The notes below the pieces were generated by a model, which had not been told where the DNA came from, made no database searches, and was given only the letters and a program-made list of their open reading frames with translations. A stretch of DNA of 64,000 bases from a virus (taxonomy: Duplodnaviria > Caudoviricetes), in IMG/VR virus record IMGVR_UViG_3300044667_000075, positions 32,001 to 96,000 of that record. One strand, given 5' to 3'. How positions within the stretch are numbered: the stretch's first letter is position 1; each line of letters opens with the position of its first letter. Of the stretch, positions 18,739 to 27,317 are shown in pieces. The position numbers and the translations under genes are program-made.

Positions 18739-18776
18739 CATGTCGCCATGGTGGCACAATGGCGGCATGGAGTCAA
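18739..18776 (-). promoter_or_regulatory. leftward promoter overlapped by an inverted repeat
   Basis: TTGACT-17-CACCAT; CATGTCGCCAT-N9-ATGGCGGCATG. Confidence 0.55.
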
Positions 18777-18853
18777 CCCCCACGCCAGAAGGGAATGCTG
18801 TACCGTGGCGACTATGTGCACAGTGATGCACAGAGTCACGGAAAGGCCCCTAT

Positions 18854-19246
18854 GTGAGCGGACCGAAATACCAGCAGGTCGCGGATGCGGTCCTGGCGAT
18901 GATCGCGTCAGGCGAGATCGGCGACGGGATCACCCTCGGCCGGATCCGGGAACTGACCGGCGCGACGGACGCCACATCCCGCAAGGCCGCGAACGAGCTC
19001 GTGAGCGCAGGGATCCTGGAGAACCACCCCGGAGCCCCCTACACGGTGCGGGTCACCGCCGAAGAGGCCGCTGCGGCGCGGCTGGACAACCGGCCGCTCA
19101 AAGACCAGATAGCCGAGATGCGGCACGAACTGGGCGACCTGCGCCGACGTCTCGGTCACATGGAGGCCGAGCTCGCCACCATGACCGGGAAACCACGCGG
19201 AGGCACCCGTGAGCAGGCAAAGACGGCCAGCGGCGGTCACCGGTAG
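18854..19246 (+). CDS. GntR-family regulator (TraR/KorA-like position)
   Basis: PKYQQVADAV...I.SG...T.RKA..EL...G; divergent from tra operon. Confidence 0.75.
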   Translation: MSGPKYQQVADAVLAMIASGEIGDGITLGRIRELTGATDATSRKAANELVSAGILENHPGAPYTVRVTAEEAAAARLDNRPLKDQIAEMRHELGDLRRRLGHMEAELATMTGKPRGGTREQAKTASGGHR

Positions 19247-20012
19247 CGCCGAGGTCGTCAGTATCGGGGCGGGCGGAACGCACCGGCCCAACTACTTCCG
19301 CCTCGCCTGCGGTCAGGTCGCCGCGGCCCGCCGGAACCTCGGCCTAAGCCGCGAGGGCTTCGCCCGGCACATCTACGAGGAGACCGGCTGGGATGTCCTG
19401 CCGGAAACCATCACCGCGTGGGAAGACGACGTGCGGCCACCTGGTGACGTAGTGCTCGCCTGCATGGCCGCAGCGCAAGGGCTGGCGGCGACCGACACGC
19501 CCCTGCTGGATGACGTGCCGCCCGCCTTCCCCGTCGAGGCCCTGGCCGGGCCGTGGGTTAGCACCTACCGGTTCAGCCACGCTGGCCGCCCCCAGCACCA
19601 CGCCGACATCGCCCACGTCACCGCGCTGCCAGGCAACCGGGTGCGGATCGTGAACCACCCGCCGGAGCCTCGAAGCGAAGGGCGGCGCCGGTCGTTCCGC
19701 AACGAGATCCACGCGGCGCTGTACGGCCGGCACCTCATCGGGCAGTGGCGGAACGTCAGCGACACCCGCTACTACGGCACCGTGCAGCTGGCCGTCCTCC
19801 CCGGCGAGATCGTCATGGAAGGGTGCTACGCGGGGGTAGCCAGCGACATTGAGGTGTCGTCCGGCGACTGGAAGTGGGTCCGGCTCGACCCCGGTGACGC
19901 CGAACTCGCCGCGGTCACCTTGCGGGGGCCGGCGCAGCTGTACGAGATCGTGATGGAGCACACCCAGTTCGACGCGCCGCTGACGCTGGCCGAGATCAGA
20001 GAGGACACCTAG
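19209..20012 (+). CDS. XRE-HTH protein with C-terminal beta-rich domain
   Basis: ARRNLGLSREGFA...TITAWE; LAGPWVSTY...LIGQW...YYG.VQL. Confidence 0.7.
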   Translation: MSRQRRPAAVTGSAEVVSIGAGGTHRPNYFRLACGQVAAARRNLGLSREGFARHIYEETGWDVLPETITAWEDDVRPPGDVVLACMAAAQGLAATDTPLLDDVPPAFPVEALAGPWVSTYRFSHAGRPQHHADIAHVTALPGNRVRIVNHPPEPRSEGRRRSFRNEIHAALYGRHLIGQWRNVSDTRYYGTVQLAVLPGEIVMEGCYAGVASDIEVSSGDWKWVRLDPGDAELAAVTLRGPAQLYEIVMEHTQFDAPLTLAEIREDT

Positions 20013-20432
20013 ATGGGGCTGACCAAGGACGACGTGCGCGGAGTCATCGACGTGTACATCAAGGCGTGGGAGGAGCAAGATCCGGACCTCATCGTTACGA
20101 TCTTCACCCCCAGTGCGACTTACCACGAGCGAGTGCTCCGCGATCCGATACCTGGCCGGAACGCGATCCACGACTACTGGGTGTCGAAGGTGGTCGGGGC
20201 GCAGGCGAACATCACCTGCCGGCTGCTGAGCCTGTACCTGGACGGCGACACCGCGATAGCCGAATGGCTGGCCGAGTTCGACGACATAGTGGAGGGCGTG
20301 CGGAAGCGGATGAAGGAGATCGCGGTCCTCGAGTTCGACGGCCACCTGATCTCCGGCCTCCGCGAGTACTGGGCGAGTGAGGAGATCGGCCCGGTGGCCA
20401 GCCTGCGGGAGGAAGGTAATCATGGACTTTGA
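20013..20432 (+). CDS. SnoaL/NTF2-like protein
   Basis: YIKAWEEQD..FTPSATY..GRNAI..YW..DGDTAIAEW..LREYW. Confidence 0.85.
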   Translation: MGLTKDDVRGVIDVYIKAWEEQDPDLIVTIFTPSATYHERVLRDPIPGRNAIHDYWVSKVVGAQANITCRLLSLYLDGDTAIAEWLAEFDDIVEGVRKRMKEIAVLEFDGHLISGLREYWASEEIGPVASLREEGNHGL

Positions 20433-20670
20433 CTGTGAGGCTTACGGGGCGGGTGCCCGCGAGGCCGGGGCACTGTGCTTCTTCGCGGGTGCCCTAAACG
20501 CTCGGGTGTGTGACTCGCCGGACGAGTGCCGCCAGAGGATGACCGCCGAGCGGCAGCGCGTGTTCGGCCTGATCCACGAAAAGGCCGCCGCGGGTGACCC
20601 GGACATGGCCTACCTTTGCAAGCGAGTTCACCAACCCGGACCAGATCCTCGGCGGGGGCGAGACTTCTGA
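20422..20670 (+). CDS. small Cys-containing hypothetical protein (possible frameshift near 20615)
   Basis: RBS GGAAGG; coupled to SnoaL gene. Confidence 0.55.
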   Translation: MDFDCEAYGAGAREAGALCFFAGALNARVCDSPDECRQRMTAERQRVFGLIHEKAAAGDPDMAYLCKRVHQPGPDPRRGRDF

Positions 20671-20690
20671 TGCCTGAGGTTCAGGGGTGC

Positions 20691-21035
20691 CTAACGCCAC
20701 TCCCCCCGGCTCCTGGCGGCCTGCCGGATGCTCACGTTCCTGGCGTGCTCGTTCCGGATGTGGCCCTTGCCGAGGTGGCGGGCACCCCACCGGATGATCC
20801 GGCCCCCGTCGCAGTGAGGGGACTGGCAGCGGTGACGGGTCCAGGTGAACACCGCCCCGGGGTACCAGCCCCTCCCCTTGCATCTCCAGTGTGTCATCCT
20901 CGGGTTGAGCCGCAGCGAGATGAAGTACGACACGAACAGGCCGAGGGCGGCGAGGACCAGGCCCAGGCCGTGGCCGAGGATCCAGCCGAACAGCAGGATC
21001 CCGCAGAGGATCCAGGGAAAATGCGACTTCTGCAT
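20691..21035 (-). CDS. membrane protein with DnaJ-like Zn motif
   Basis: 2 TM then RCKGRG...C...CDGG. Confidence 0.7.
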   Translation of the reverse strand: MQKSHFPWILCGILLFGWILGHGLGLVLAALGLFVSYFISLRLNPRMTHWRCKGRGWYPGAVFTWTRHRCQSPHCDGGRIIRWGARHLGKGHIRNEHARNVSIRQAARSRGEWR

Positions 21036-21133
21036 GCCGGATCGTACGTCGGCCCGTGGCCGCTGGGAACTTACCTGAGGGTTAGGGGCGTGTGGCCCCG
21101 TGTCACCAGCACCAGAGGCGGGAGAATGGTCTT

Positions 21134-21871
21134 GTGACTGAACCGTACTACCGGGACGACCTGGTAGCGCTGTACCACGGGGATTGCCGGGAACTGCTCC
21201 CGTTGCTGCCCGCTGCGGACGTCTTTATCACCGACCCGCCGTACGCCTCGGCCGCAGCAACGGTGACCACAGGACGCGGAAAGCAGACATGGGGCGGTAA
21301 CTGGGGTGACATGAGCCTCGTCACCCTCATGGCCGAAGCCACGCTAGGCGCGGCCATGCTGCGGACCGAGCATGAGGTCTACTGGTTCGCCGACCACCTG
21401 AGCTACGCCGCGCTGATGCCGCTGTTCTTCCGCCGGTACCCAGTTGCGCAGTCAATCGTATGGGACAAGGACGCGATTGGCATGGGCGCGTACTACCGGA
21501 AGCAGACCGAGTTCATCGTGTATTGCCGGACCCGGAACGCACCGGAGTTCGCCAGCAAGAACGCGCGGGACCTGATCCGGATCAAGCCTGACTACTCCGA
21601 ACGCGAACACCCCGCGCAGAAGCCGCTGAGGCTCATGCTCGGACTATTGTCCAACAGCGCCACAGGCATCGTACTCGACCCGTACGCGGGCGCCGGGACG
21701 ACTCTCGTCGCTGCCCGGATGCTTGGCCGCTCAGCGATCGGCGTTGAGATCGAGGAGCGGCATTGCGAGACCATCGCGCGGAGGCTGTCTCAAGCCGTCC
21801 TGCTCCCGGTGCCCGAACCGGCCGAGGTCGCGCCCGAGGATCCAGGCCTGTTCGACCTGGAGGCATCGTGA
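21134..21871 (+). CDS. DNA N6-A/N4-C methyltransferase (beta class)
   Basis: GDC, TDPPY, HPAQKP, VLDPYAGAGTT, GVEIEE. Confidence 0.9.
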   Translation: MTEPYYRDDLVALYHGDCRELLPLLPAADVFITDPPYASAAATVTTGRGKQTWGGNWGDMSLVTLMAEATLGAAMLRTEHEVYWFADHLSYAALMPLFFRRYPVAQSIVWDKDAIGMGAYYRKQTEFIVYCRTRNAPEFASKNARDLIRIKPDYSEREHPAQKPLRLMLGLLSNSATGIVLDPYAGAGTTLVAARMLGRSAIGVEIEERHCETIARRLSQAVLLPVPEPAEVAPEDPGLFDLEAS

Positions 21872-21972
21872 ACGCGCGACACGCCGGCTTGCCCGGTAAC
21901 TGTGCGGATACGGTCAGGATGCGGAATGATGGGACGGCAGACGATCCGTCTACGGAGGGTCACCCAATGACA

Positions 21973-22008
21973 TAAAAACCAGCCCCCCGGCTCTCTTGGC
22001 CGAGGGGC
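21973..22008 (-). terminator. intrinsic terminator-like hairpin
   Basis: GCCCC.CGGC/GCCG.GGGGC stem with A5 run on its left (U-tract on minus strand). Confidence 0.45.
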
Positions 22009-22009
22009 G

Positions 22010-22830
22010 CACGTTCTAACTGAATCCCGAGCTACCGGCCGAGGGGCGGCAACCTAACCGCCGGTTCGCTCTCATCTCGCAGTACCCCGCTAAGCGGGGC
22101 CTCTGCTGTACCCGAAGGTGAGTCCAAGATAGCACCGACCACCGTCGCTGGTGAAGCACGCCCGAAAAACGGCGTGTCGCTGGCGATCCCCGCTCGCGCA
22201 CCACCGCGCATCCTCCTAGCACGGCCAGGCATCCCCGCCTGGTGCCAGTTAGGAGGCCCTGTGCGCATCCTCCTGCTGGCGAGCCTCGGCTGATCCCCGT
22301 GGCGCGTCGCCCGTCAGAGGGGCAGGTCCCGTCATCCCTGATGTCTCTGGGGTGGAGCGCTCGCCCGCTCGTCAACACGCTGGGCCTGGCGAGGGTTCGC
22401 GGGAAGGCCGGGACGATCCGAGGTCCGGTGAGTCTGGTCCCCGCCGAGACGAGCGCACTTGGCGCCCATCCGTGCAGTAGCTCGCACGGCTGTCGCAGAC
22501 GGGACCCATACCGTGGCTCCGGCCGGGGAGGTTGCCTCCTCCCTCCTGCTGACTGGTCTATCTCCGGGGTAGGCCAGTCACTCCCCACCCGTCCACGCAA
22601 CCGGGGAGGGGGGTAAGACCTCAACCCCGGACCCGCAAACCCAAGGACCTGACAGAACCGAAGTACGGACCCTGAAGGAGCTGCCGGGGAAGTTGCGGTG
22701 GCGTTCGGGCGGCTGGACGCCAGGCTCTGTTCCGGGCGCACCCCGCTTCCTTCGAGCTGACAGCTCGCACACCGTCACCTTATCGGCGAGCGCGCCGCAC
22801 CTCGTTTGCAACCTGGGGATGGCAGGCTGA
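22010..22830. ncRNA. long structured non-coding region, candidate RNA-type replication origin or large ncRNA
   Basis: about 820 bp with no credible ORF, many hairpins, G4AG6 tract at 22603. Confidence 0.45.
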
Positions 22831-22834
22831 TCCC

Positions 22835-23035
22835 ATGAGTGGCGTACTGTGCTCGGCACACCAGCGGGAACTCTACGAAGACGTGCACGACGGCGAGCCG
22901 ATGGGACGGTTCCTGTGCCCGGAACCCGGATGCACGTCGGTCCTTTCTGTGGACCATCTGGCGGCAGTGCGGGATCAGGCGTGGGCAGAGGATCACGGTA
23001 TCCTCGCGCCGGGCTGGCAGACGCTGGGCGGCTGA
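22835..23035 (+). CDS. small Cys/His-rich protein
   Basis: CSAH...CPEPGC. Confidence 0.55.
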   Translation: MSGVLCSAHQRELYEDVHDGEPMGRFLCPEPGCTSVLSVDHLAAVRDQAWAEDHGILAPGWQTLGG

Positions 23036-23039
23036 CGAG

Positions 23040-23225
23040 ATGGCCGCCGCTCCGAAGCCTTCCCCGTTCGACCTGTGGCAGCAAGCCGGAGGCGACGGGG
23101 AACACTACCGGGACCTGCTCCGCGAGCATGGCCTGGTGCTGCGTCCGGGTGATGAGGGCTACGACGAGGCCGCGCGTAACCTGCCGTGCGGGTGGCCGGG
23201 GAACCGGGAGGGACTGACGCCATGA
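23040..23225 (+). CDS. hypothetical protein
   Basis: coupled ORF. Confidence 0.55.
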   Translation: MAAAPKPSPFDLWQQAGGDGEHYRDLLREHGLVLRPGDEGYDEAARNLPCGWPGNREGLTP

Positions 23226-23392
23226 CCGAGACCACTACTGAGCCGTGCATCTGCGGGACGCCGCTGGACACCTGCCCCCGGTGCGGTGAGCTGATCTGCC
23301 TGGAGTGCGACGACTGGCGTGTGCATCACAGCCTTCGCGGCTGGTTCGGGCGGAACTGGCGGCGGTACGTCAGCAAGTGGTTCGTGCCATGA
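23222..23392 (+). CDS. small Zn-finger protein
   Basis: CxC, CxxC, CxxC. Confidence 0.55.
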   Translation: MTETTTEPCICGTPLDTCPRCGELICLECDDWRVHHSLRGWFGRNWRRYVSKWFVP

Positions 23393-23625
23393 CTAAGACC
23401 GCTAAGGTGATCCCGCTCCAGCCCGGCCGCCCGGCCCCGCTCACCTGCGGCGGCTGCGGCGGCGTGGTAGACGACTGGGTGTGGCTTGACGACGAGTTCG
23501 CCTGGGAGAACGACTTCGAGTGGTGGCGTCACCCTGCGTCGGGCCATGACTTCCTGTGCTCCCGTGGCTGCTGGGTGAAGGTCCACCAGGCGCACTGCGG
23601 CAGCGGAGTCCCGTGCCGTGGCTGA
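23389..23625 (+). CDS. small Zn-finger protein
   Basis: CGGC...CSRGC. Confidence 0.55.
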   Translation: MTKTAKVIPLQPGRPAPLTCGGCGGVVDDWVWLDDEFAWENDFEWWRHPASGHDFLCSRGCWVKVHQAHCGSGVPCRG

Positions 23626-24019
23626 TCCCGACGCCGCTTTCCGTGAGCTGGTCGAGCTCACTGAGGAGATGGGCCTGTACGACCCTCCCCCGCGTCCCTG
23701 CTGCCCTGAGTGCGGGTACCGGGTGACGTACGACCTGGACTGCCACACCTGGCCCCGGCGGGACGGCAACGGCGCTGAGCGGTGGATGGCCTGCATGTCA
23801 TGCGACTCGGCCATCAGGTACATCTGCATGCGGGACCTGGACGACGCCGGGGAATGCGGGTGGCGGTACACGCACGGGCTCAACCCTCGCAACCCGCGGG
23901 CGGCGGCGAACGAGGAACGCCGCCCGCCGTGGATACCGGCGGGCCAGGAACTCGGCCCGGCCCTGTCTGCCTGGGTCTGCCCAGGGGTGCCGATGCTCGG
24001 CAGCGACGACGGCCTGTGA
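23618..24019 (+). CDS. Cys-rich hypothetical protein
   Basis: CPEC, CMSC. Confidence 0.6.
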   Translation: MADPDAAFRELVELTEEMGLYDPPPRPCCPECGYRVTYDLDCHTWPRRDGNGAERWMACMSCDSAIRYICMRDLDDAGECGWRYTHGLNPRNPRAAANEERRPPWIPAGQELGPALSAWVCPGVPMLGSDDGL

Positions 24020-24192
24020 CCGCGGGACGCTGGCTGTGGGTCAGTGAACGTCGCCTCATGGTTCTGCGGCTCGCGTTGTCCCAGCTCGCCATGACCACCG
24101 ACACCGGGCAGGAACGGGCGGACATCGCGGAGATCCCGGCCGACCTCGCGGAGATCCCGGCCACCGGACCCGGGCCGGTCAGCCCAGGCTAG
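24016..24192 (+). CDS. hypothetical protein
   Basis: GTGA overlap. Confidence 0.45.
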   Translation: MTAGRWLWVSERRLMVLRLALSQLAMTTDTGQERADIAEIPADLAEIPATGPGPVSPG

Positions 24193-24290
24193 GGCCATCC
24201 CGCACGCGCGTACCCGCGTACGTGCGCGCGTGAATATACGCCACAGGGCATCCCAGCACAAGCACCGAGATGCCCATACGTGCGAGGACG

Positions 24291-24686
24291 TTACTCCGGG
24301 GGTTCCGGGATGGGCAGGTCCGCGTCGGAGGCCGCGGCGACGATCAGGCGACGGGGTACGCCTGCGGCGGCTGCGTCCGTGCACAGCCGCTCCCAGTCCT
24401 GCTCGGATTCGCTAGCCCGCCGCTTCGCCGCCGCTGCCTTCCGCGCGCTGGCTCCCAGCTGCCAGCGCCACCGGCCAAGCTCAGCGCCGCTGAGTTCCGG
24501 GGCAGCCTCAGGTGCGGGGCCGGGCGGTTGAGGCCGTGTACGGCGTCCTGACGGCTTCCTGGGCCGTGCTGGCGCGGCGTCGGCCTCCGCCGGGGGAGCG
24601 GCCTCCCCGGCCCCGTCATCGTCTTCTGCGGCGATCTGCTGCTTGAGGAGGTCTCCCATGCCCCGCCGCTGCCGGGCCGCGTTCAC
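24291..24686 (-). CDS. ParA partner protein (atypical ParB-like adaptor)
   Basis: coupled to parA; N-terminal RRGMGDLL. Confidence 0.6.
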   Translation of the reverse strand: MNAARQRRGMGDLLKQQIAAEDDDGAGEAAPPAEADAAPARPRKPSGRRTRPQPPGPAPEAAPELSGAELGRWRWQLGASARKAAAAKRRASESEQDWERLCTDAAAAGVPRRLIVAAASDADLPIPEPPE

Positions 24687-25411
24687 GACGCACCACCGAG
24701 GTTGCGACGGCCGAGGTCAATCAGGAGCTCGGTATGCAGGGCGGCGATGTCCTCCCGGAGTTTCGGCGCGTACCGTTCGTTCCACCGGGTGATCGGCACC
24801 CCCGCCTGGAGGCTGTTGGGCCACGCCCGGTACAAGCGGATCACGGTGCGGAAGTGGCGGATGCCCTGCCGGTCGAGCAGGTCCCACGCGTCCTGGACGA
24901 ACCCGGCGCCATCGGGCCCGATGAGGCGGGGGTCCACCTTGGTCAGCACGACCGCGTACGGCACCCCTGCGGCGGCGACCCGCTTGGCGGTGCGGACGGT
25001 CGGCATGACCGACTCCGGCACGTGGTCGTAGGGGATCAGCACGAACGTGGCCCGCTCGAGCACCTCGTCGAGGACACCCCCGGCATGGTCGAGGGTGCCG
25101 GGGGTGTCGACGTAGATCGAGTCGTAGTCGCGGACTTGGCTGATCCGGGTCAGCTGCTTCGGGTCGAGCTCGTGGATCACGTCGTAGCCGGGGTCGCTCA
25201 TGGCCTGGGTGAGGTCGTAGGCGTTGGCCTGGGGGTCGGTGTCCGCGACGAGGGCCCGGCCGTGGGCGGCGGACGTGTGGGCGGCCAGCTGCATGATGGT
25301 GGCGGTCTTGCCTGAGCCGCCTTTGCCGTTGAGGGCCGCGATGACATAACTGTCCGTTTGCCGGGCATTCCCGGGGAGTGCGCCGCTCTGGGCGGTGGCA
25401 TGGGTTGTCAT
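24683..25411 (-). CDS. parA: ParA partition ATPase
   Basis: NGKGGSGKT, DTDPQAN, VDTPG. Confidence 0.92.
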   Translation of the reverse strand: MTTHATAQSGALPGNARQTDSYVIAALNGKGGSGKTATIMQLAAHTSAAHGRALVADTDPQANAYDLTQAMSDPGYDVIHELDPKQLTRISQVRDYDSIYVDTPGTLDHAGGVLDEVLERATFVLIPYDHVPESVMPTVRTAKRVAAAGVPYAVVLTKVDPRLIGPDGAGFVQDAWDLLDRQGIRHFRTVIRLYRAWPNSLQAGVPITRWNERYAPKLREDIAALHTELLIDLGRRNLGGAS

Positions 25412-25548
25412 GGGCGGCATCGTCGCATAGCGCGGCGGCCAGGTGAAGGCGTGCGGTAAGGTTTCGGGCTGGATACCGGGACCCTTGGCGGCCCTCTGTC
25501 TCGTTCCTGCGGAGGGCCGCCGCGGGGGTCTGAACCGTGGGGGGTTCG

Positions 25549-25731
25549 ATGGGCGAGGATGAGCGGTCAGCCGAGACACCGGAAGAGACGCACGTGGCCG
25601 GCCTGCTGTCGGGATTAATCCGAGGCGACAGCGACAGTGAAGTCACCCTTTCGGGCCGCTGCGGGCAGTGCGGGTACCAGAGGGGATCGCGGTCGTGCGT
25701 GGTGGTGTGCGGCGAGGAACCGCAGCCTTAG
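25549..25731 (+). CDS. small Cys-rich protein
   Basis: CGQCGY...C...C. Confidence 0.45.
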   Translation: MGEDERSAETPEETHVAGLLSGLIRGDSDSEVTLSGRCGQCGYQRGSRSCVVVCGEEPQP

Positions 25732-25913
25732 CCTTCCTGCTCCCTGGCGGCACGCTCTGCGTTGATCCGCTGCTGCGCCTCGGCCTGGACGCGGCGCATG
25801 GCCTCGGGCTGGGCTGGCGGGGAGTTGCGGCAGGCGCGGTGTTCGAGCCAGAGGACGGCCAGGCCGGTGAGAATGAGGCCGGTGAACACCCCGGCAAGCT
25901 GCCATAGTGACAT
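25728..25913 (-). CDS. small membrane protein
   Basis: N-terminal TM; RBS GAGGGGG. Confidence 0.55.
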   Translation of the reverse strand: MSLWQLAGVFTGLILTGLAVLWLEHRACRNSPPAQPEAMRRVQAEAQQRINAERAAREQEG

Positions 25914-25990
25914 TGCGTACCCCCTCAATCACTTAGCGTACCGGCCCGGCGTGCCCGGTGCCTGACAGAGGGGGGCGTTACCGTGCGGGC

Positions 25991-26314
25991 ATGATTGACG
26001 CAGCCCCGGCCACGAGGGGGCGGCACCGGGCCCCAGAACAGCGGCAGGACGCCGTGATCCGCGTTGCCCTGCCGCTGCCGCCCGGTGATCCCAGCAACTT
26101 CGACGTGCTCGCGCTGAAGATGGCGATTGAGGAGATCTCCGCGGCGCTGTACTGCGCGGACCTGGAGGACGCGGTGAGCGCCGCGGGGCTTGTCGTGGAG
26201 TTCACGGTCCCTGAGGCGGAGTGCGAGCGGGTGCTGTGGGTGCTGGCGGAGGCGGTGCGGGGTGCGGCAGGGGTGTGCCCCGAGATGGGCGGGGCGACTG
26301 TAACCGGAGGGTGA
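25991..26314 (+). CDS. hypothetical protein
   Basis: ORF with high GC3. Confidence 0.5.
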   Translation: MIDAAPATRGRHRAPEQRQDAVIRVALPLPPGDPSNFDVLALKMAIEEISAALYCADLEDAVSAAGLVVEFTVPEAECERVLWVLAEAVRGAAGVCPEMGGATVTGG

Positions 26315-26331
26315 GAGTTCCGTCACCTGCA

Positions 26332-26360
26332 TTGAAACGGCCCCGTGGTAATGCTACGAT
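26332..26360 (+). promoter_or_regulatory. promoter for a probably leaderless mRNA
   Basis: TTGAAA-17-TACGAT, ATG 6 nt after the -10 box. Confidence 0.7.
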
Positions 26361-26366
26361 GGCCCC

Positions 26367-26693
26367 ATGAAGCAGATCAACCTACGGCTAGACGACGAAC
26401 AGCACGCCCACCTCGTCGCTGCGGCCAAGCGGGACCGGCGCTCGCTCAATGCCGAAATCGAATGGTGCATCGACAGAGCGCTCAGCGACAGGCCCGCTGG
26501 CCTGGAACTCTCCGACATCAAGGCAGGGATGCGCCTCCGGTCATACAACGAGGAGACCGGGGAGCCTGTCGAGGGTGTCGTTGAGGACATCCACCGGGGC
26601 TATCCCATCTGCCGTACCGACATCGGATCGTTTTTCATGGCAGATCTGCGCAGAAGCGAAATCGTCGACACCACCCCAGAGGGGGAGCAATGA
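26367..26693 (+). CDS. Arc-like ribbon-helix-helix protein with SH3-like C-domain
   Basis: KQINLRLDDEQHAHL..AAKRDRRSLNAEI. Confidence 0.8.
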   Translation: MKQINLRLDDEQHAHLVAAAKRDRRSLNAEIEWCIDRALSDRPAGLELSDIKAGMRLRSYNEETGEPVEGVVEDIHRGYPICRTDIGSFFMADLRRSEIVDTTPEGEQ

Positions 26694-26833
26694 ACGGGAC
26701 CGGAAGCCTCGCGCTGTACGCCGTGGACTGCTCCGAGTGCGGACGGCCGACTGTCACGTCTGAGATCTGCACCCGGCCGGACCTGTGCCACCCGTGCTTT
26801 GCTGCGACTCTCGCCACGAGGAGCCCGTCATGA
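26690..26833 (+). CDS. 47-aa Zn-finger protein
   Basis: CSEC...CHPC; ATGA overlaps at both ends. Confidence 0.5.
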   Translation: MNGTGSLALYAVDCSECGRPTVTSEICTRPDLCHPCFAATLATRSPS

Positions 26834-27162
26834 CCAGCACTACGGCGAATTCCGCCTGGAGGCGAGACCAGCGCCGGGAATCGGCACTGACAAACGTCGA
26901 GCAGATCAAGGCGTACGCCGACCTCGTGTTCTCCCGGCTCGCCACAGGCCAGCCCATCGGCCCGGTGCAGGTCCAGTCGATCCTGCGGAACGCCGAGGAA
27001 CTCCTGGCCGCTGTCGCGGTCATCGAGGAACTTGACGCCATCGCCGAGGCCGCCGTGAGCGACCTCGGTACGAACAGAGACCTGACCGAGCATCGCGGGA
27101 TGGGTATCTGTAACAAGAGTCGCAAGCATCCCGGCCCTTGCGACTACGGAAGTGGGGTGTAG
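26830..27162 (+). CDS. hypothetical protein
   Basis: RBS GAGGAG. Confidence 0.6.
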   Translation: MTSTTANSAWRRDQRRESALTNVEQIKAYADLVFSRLATGQPIGPVQVQSILRNAEELLAAVAVIEELDAIAEAAVSDLGTNRDLTEHRGMGICNKSRKHPGPCDYGSGV

Positions 27163-27167
27163 GAGCG

Positions 27168-27317
27168 GTGAGCGGGTTCTTCCGGCGCGTCATCGCCGCA
27201 TCCCGCCCACGTCCGTGGCTGACCGTTGACGCGTCGTCTCCGCTCGGCCGCCTGATCCTCGCGCTGCGCCGCGACAATACCTACGACCGCACCACCACCC
27301 CAGGGGGCAAGAAATGA
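27168..27317 (+). CDS. hypothetical protein
   Basis: RBS AGGAG, coupled. Confidence 0.45.
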   Translation: MSGFFRRVIAASRPRPWLTVDASSPLGRLILALRRDNTYDRTTTPGGKK

